From NCBI GenBank assembly GCA_041657885.1, contig JBBABB010000001.1, forward strand, positions 267,184-331,183: DNA of 64,000 bases, written 5' to 3'. The first letter of the stretch is position 1, and the number at the start of each line of letters is the position of its first letter. The translations under genes and the position numbers were made by a program. Below, piece after piece: positions 62,485 through 64,000 of this stretch. Under the pieces are notes generated by a model. That model searched no databases. It had not been told where the DNA came from and saw only the letters and a list, made by a program, of their open reading frames with translations. Source of the stretch: Minisyncoccota bacterium (lineage in GTDB: Bacteria; Patescibacteriota; Minisyncoccia; Phycocordibacterales; UBA9973).

Positions 62485-63621
62485 CTATCTCACAGGAAAA
62501 TATTCTCCTGTGAGATTCTTTGAAAGGACAAACTGATACAGCTGACTCTTTCTTGAACGGAAGGAGGCAGCGGAAGATAAAAGGTAATACTCCCACATAC
62601 GATAAAACCTTTCATCGTAATAATCGGATTTTACCTTGTCCCAATTTCTTTTGAAATTTCTATACCAAGCCATTAATGTTTTATCATAATGTCTTGGCCC
62701 AAAATTGTGAAGATCATGGATTGTAAACAACCTCTCAGATGCTTTCGCTATTTGTTTTATTGAAGGCACCATAGAATTCGGGAAGATGTACTTTCCGAGC
62801 CAAGGTTCAGAGTGTGTTACAGACTTCAATTCTCCGATAGTATGCAAGAGAAATAAACCACCATCGGCAAGAGATTTGTGAACAATTTTCATAAACTCTC
62901 TGTGGTTTTTGTAACCAACATGTTCAATCATGCCACAAACTACTATTTTGGAAAATTTCTCTTTTTCTAGGTCACGGTAATCCATTTGTATTATCGTGAC
63001 GGGTAAACCACTCGTAAAATTGCGAGCGTATTCGGCCTGTTCCGAAGAAATAGTTACGCCAGTTACCCGGCAACCATAATTCTTTGAAGCAAACTTTGCA
63101 AACCCTCCCCAGCCACAACCAATGTCTAAAACATGGTCTTCGGGGGTAAGTTTTAATTTCTGACAAATGAGATGAAGTTTTTGTTCTTGGGCTACACCAA
63201 GAGCATCAGTATTTTTAAAATATCCACATGTGTATTGATTATATGGGTCTAAAAATGATTCATATAATTCCGGGGACAAATCGTAGTGATCTCTCGCCAC
63301 TTTCGTACTCCCTGAGCGGGTTTGGGGATTGAAAAGAATAGCTCCAAGGTATGAAAACGCTATTCTCCACGGATTTATTTTTTTATCCAAATTCGCGTTT
63401 AAAATCTTCGTGAAAAACTCATCAAGTTTTTCACAATTAAACCACCCGTCCATATATGCCTCACCTAATCCAAGCGAGCCATAGCGGATGACACGGTAGT
63501 AAAGCGGAACAAGAAATTGAGGCTCAATACGGATATCCCAAGGATTTGGGCCATTGACCTCGACCCCTGAACCACTTAATAAGTGATTAATTTTATGCAA
63601 CGCTTTTTCTTCTTTCTTCAT
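62485..63621 (-). CDS. cfa: Cyclopropane-fatty-acyl-phospholipid synthase
   Basis: GSLGLGEAYMDGW, HYD, LDIGCGWGG, GMIEHVG, KYIFP, RMWEYYL. Confidence 0.95.
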   Translation of the reverse strand: MKKEEKALHKINHLLSGSGVEVNGPNPWDIRIEPQFLVPLYYRVIRYGSLGLGEAYMDGWFNCEKLDEFFTKILNANLDKKINPWRIAFSYLGAILFNPQTRSGSTKVARDHYDLSPELYESFLDPYNQYTCGYFKNTDALGVAQEQKLHLICQKLKLTPEDHVLDIGCGWGGFAKFASKNYGCRVTGVTISSEQAEYARNFTSGLPVTIIQMDYRDLEKEKFSKIVVCGMIEHVGYKNHREFMKIVHKSLADGGLFLLHTIGELKSVTHSEPWLGKYIFPNSMVPSIKQIAKASERLFTIHDLHNFGPRHYDKTLMAWYRNFKRNWDKVKSDYYDERFYRMWEYYLLSSAASFRSRKSQLYQFVLSKNLTGEYFPVR

Positions 63622-63861
63622 ATTTTTATATTATACATTAAACCTAAAAAGAGTAAAATTATGTGCGCGTCCATTTGGGAAACCTAGTTGACAACAATTT
63701 TCACTTGTGGCACTATAGTGAAGATATTGGCTCTTTGATATTTGAGTTAAGTATTTGGTTAGTTTTCTTAGCTTCTTTAGGGAATTTAAGATAACTAACC
63801 AAAAAATAAAAATATGATACAAGCCGTTGCTTTATTAGCTGAATTGTTCTTTGGTGATTTA

Positions 63862-64000
63862 ATGACTGAAGAACAACCCACTGTAGAAAAATACCCGAAT
63901 TTTACTAACCGAAGAGGGGAAGAGTTATCTTTGGAAGATATTATAGATGGAAGAGTAGTGACTATTGCAGAAATTACTTATCTTTTTAAAAAACCCGCAA
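63862..64000 (+). CDS. Hypothetical protein (partial, runs off window end)
   Basis: Open frame from ATG at 63862: MTEEQPTVEKYPNFTNRRGEELS.. Confidence 0.4.
   Translation, partial: MTEEQPTVEKYPNFTNRRGEELSLEDIIDGRVVTIAEITYLFKKPA

Noticed and set aside
61867-62596. Short ORFs 61867-62082, 62144-62362, 62414-62596
   Set aside because: They run through repeats, tRNA-Ala or cfa; no recognisable motifs
1380-63166. Numerous 60-150 aa ORFs antisense or out of frame to identified genes
   Set aside because: Shadow ORFs fully overlapping well-supported genes
1-64000. REP-associated tyrosine transposase or IS transposase as mobiliser
   Set aside because: No HUH-Y1 or DDE ORF seen in this window; one may exist elsewhere in the genome
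1-64000. Alternative genetic code (UGA=Gly)
   Set aside because: Core genes are full length in code 11 and TGA ends tsaD, the UDG gene and 39290-39907

Overview
AT-rich bacterial chromosome segment with the gene content and style of Patescibacteria/CPR (Parcubacteria-like; inferred). Standard genetic code. It carries cell-wall/division genes (rsmH, mraZ, PBP2, murA-E, murJ, alr, FtsB-like), translation genes (lysS, valS, leuS, lepA, tsaC/tsaD, miaA, ychF, greA, rpmG), six intact tRNAs plus one split tRNA, two VirB4/HerA-like ATPases, three paralogous Cys-rich proteins, a secreted-protein islet (~31.6-36 kb) and a defence-type islet (HNH + methyltransferase, RelE/Phd, RadC) near tRNA-Ala. The main signal is a dense population of short, mostly GC-rich palindromic elements from about ten sequence families, inserted in frame into essential genes, nested in each other, and (for asymmetric families) aligned with the direction of transcription. 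Three families also occur as arms around a cargo: a DUF559 endonuclease domain fused in frame inside LeuRS (with an empty 78-bp copy in the same gene), an ArsR-like HTH gene, and an intact tRNA-Arg sitting inside a second, split tRNA-Arg. All calls are by eye from the sequence and ORF track; no database searches were run.
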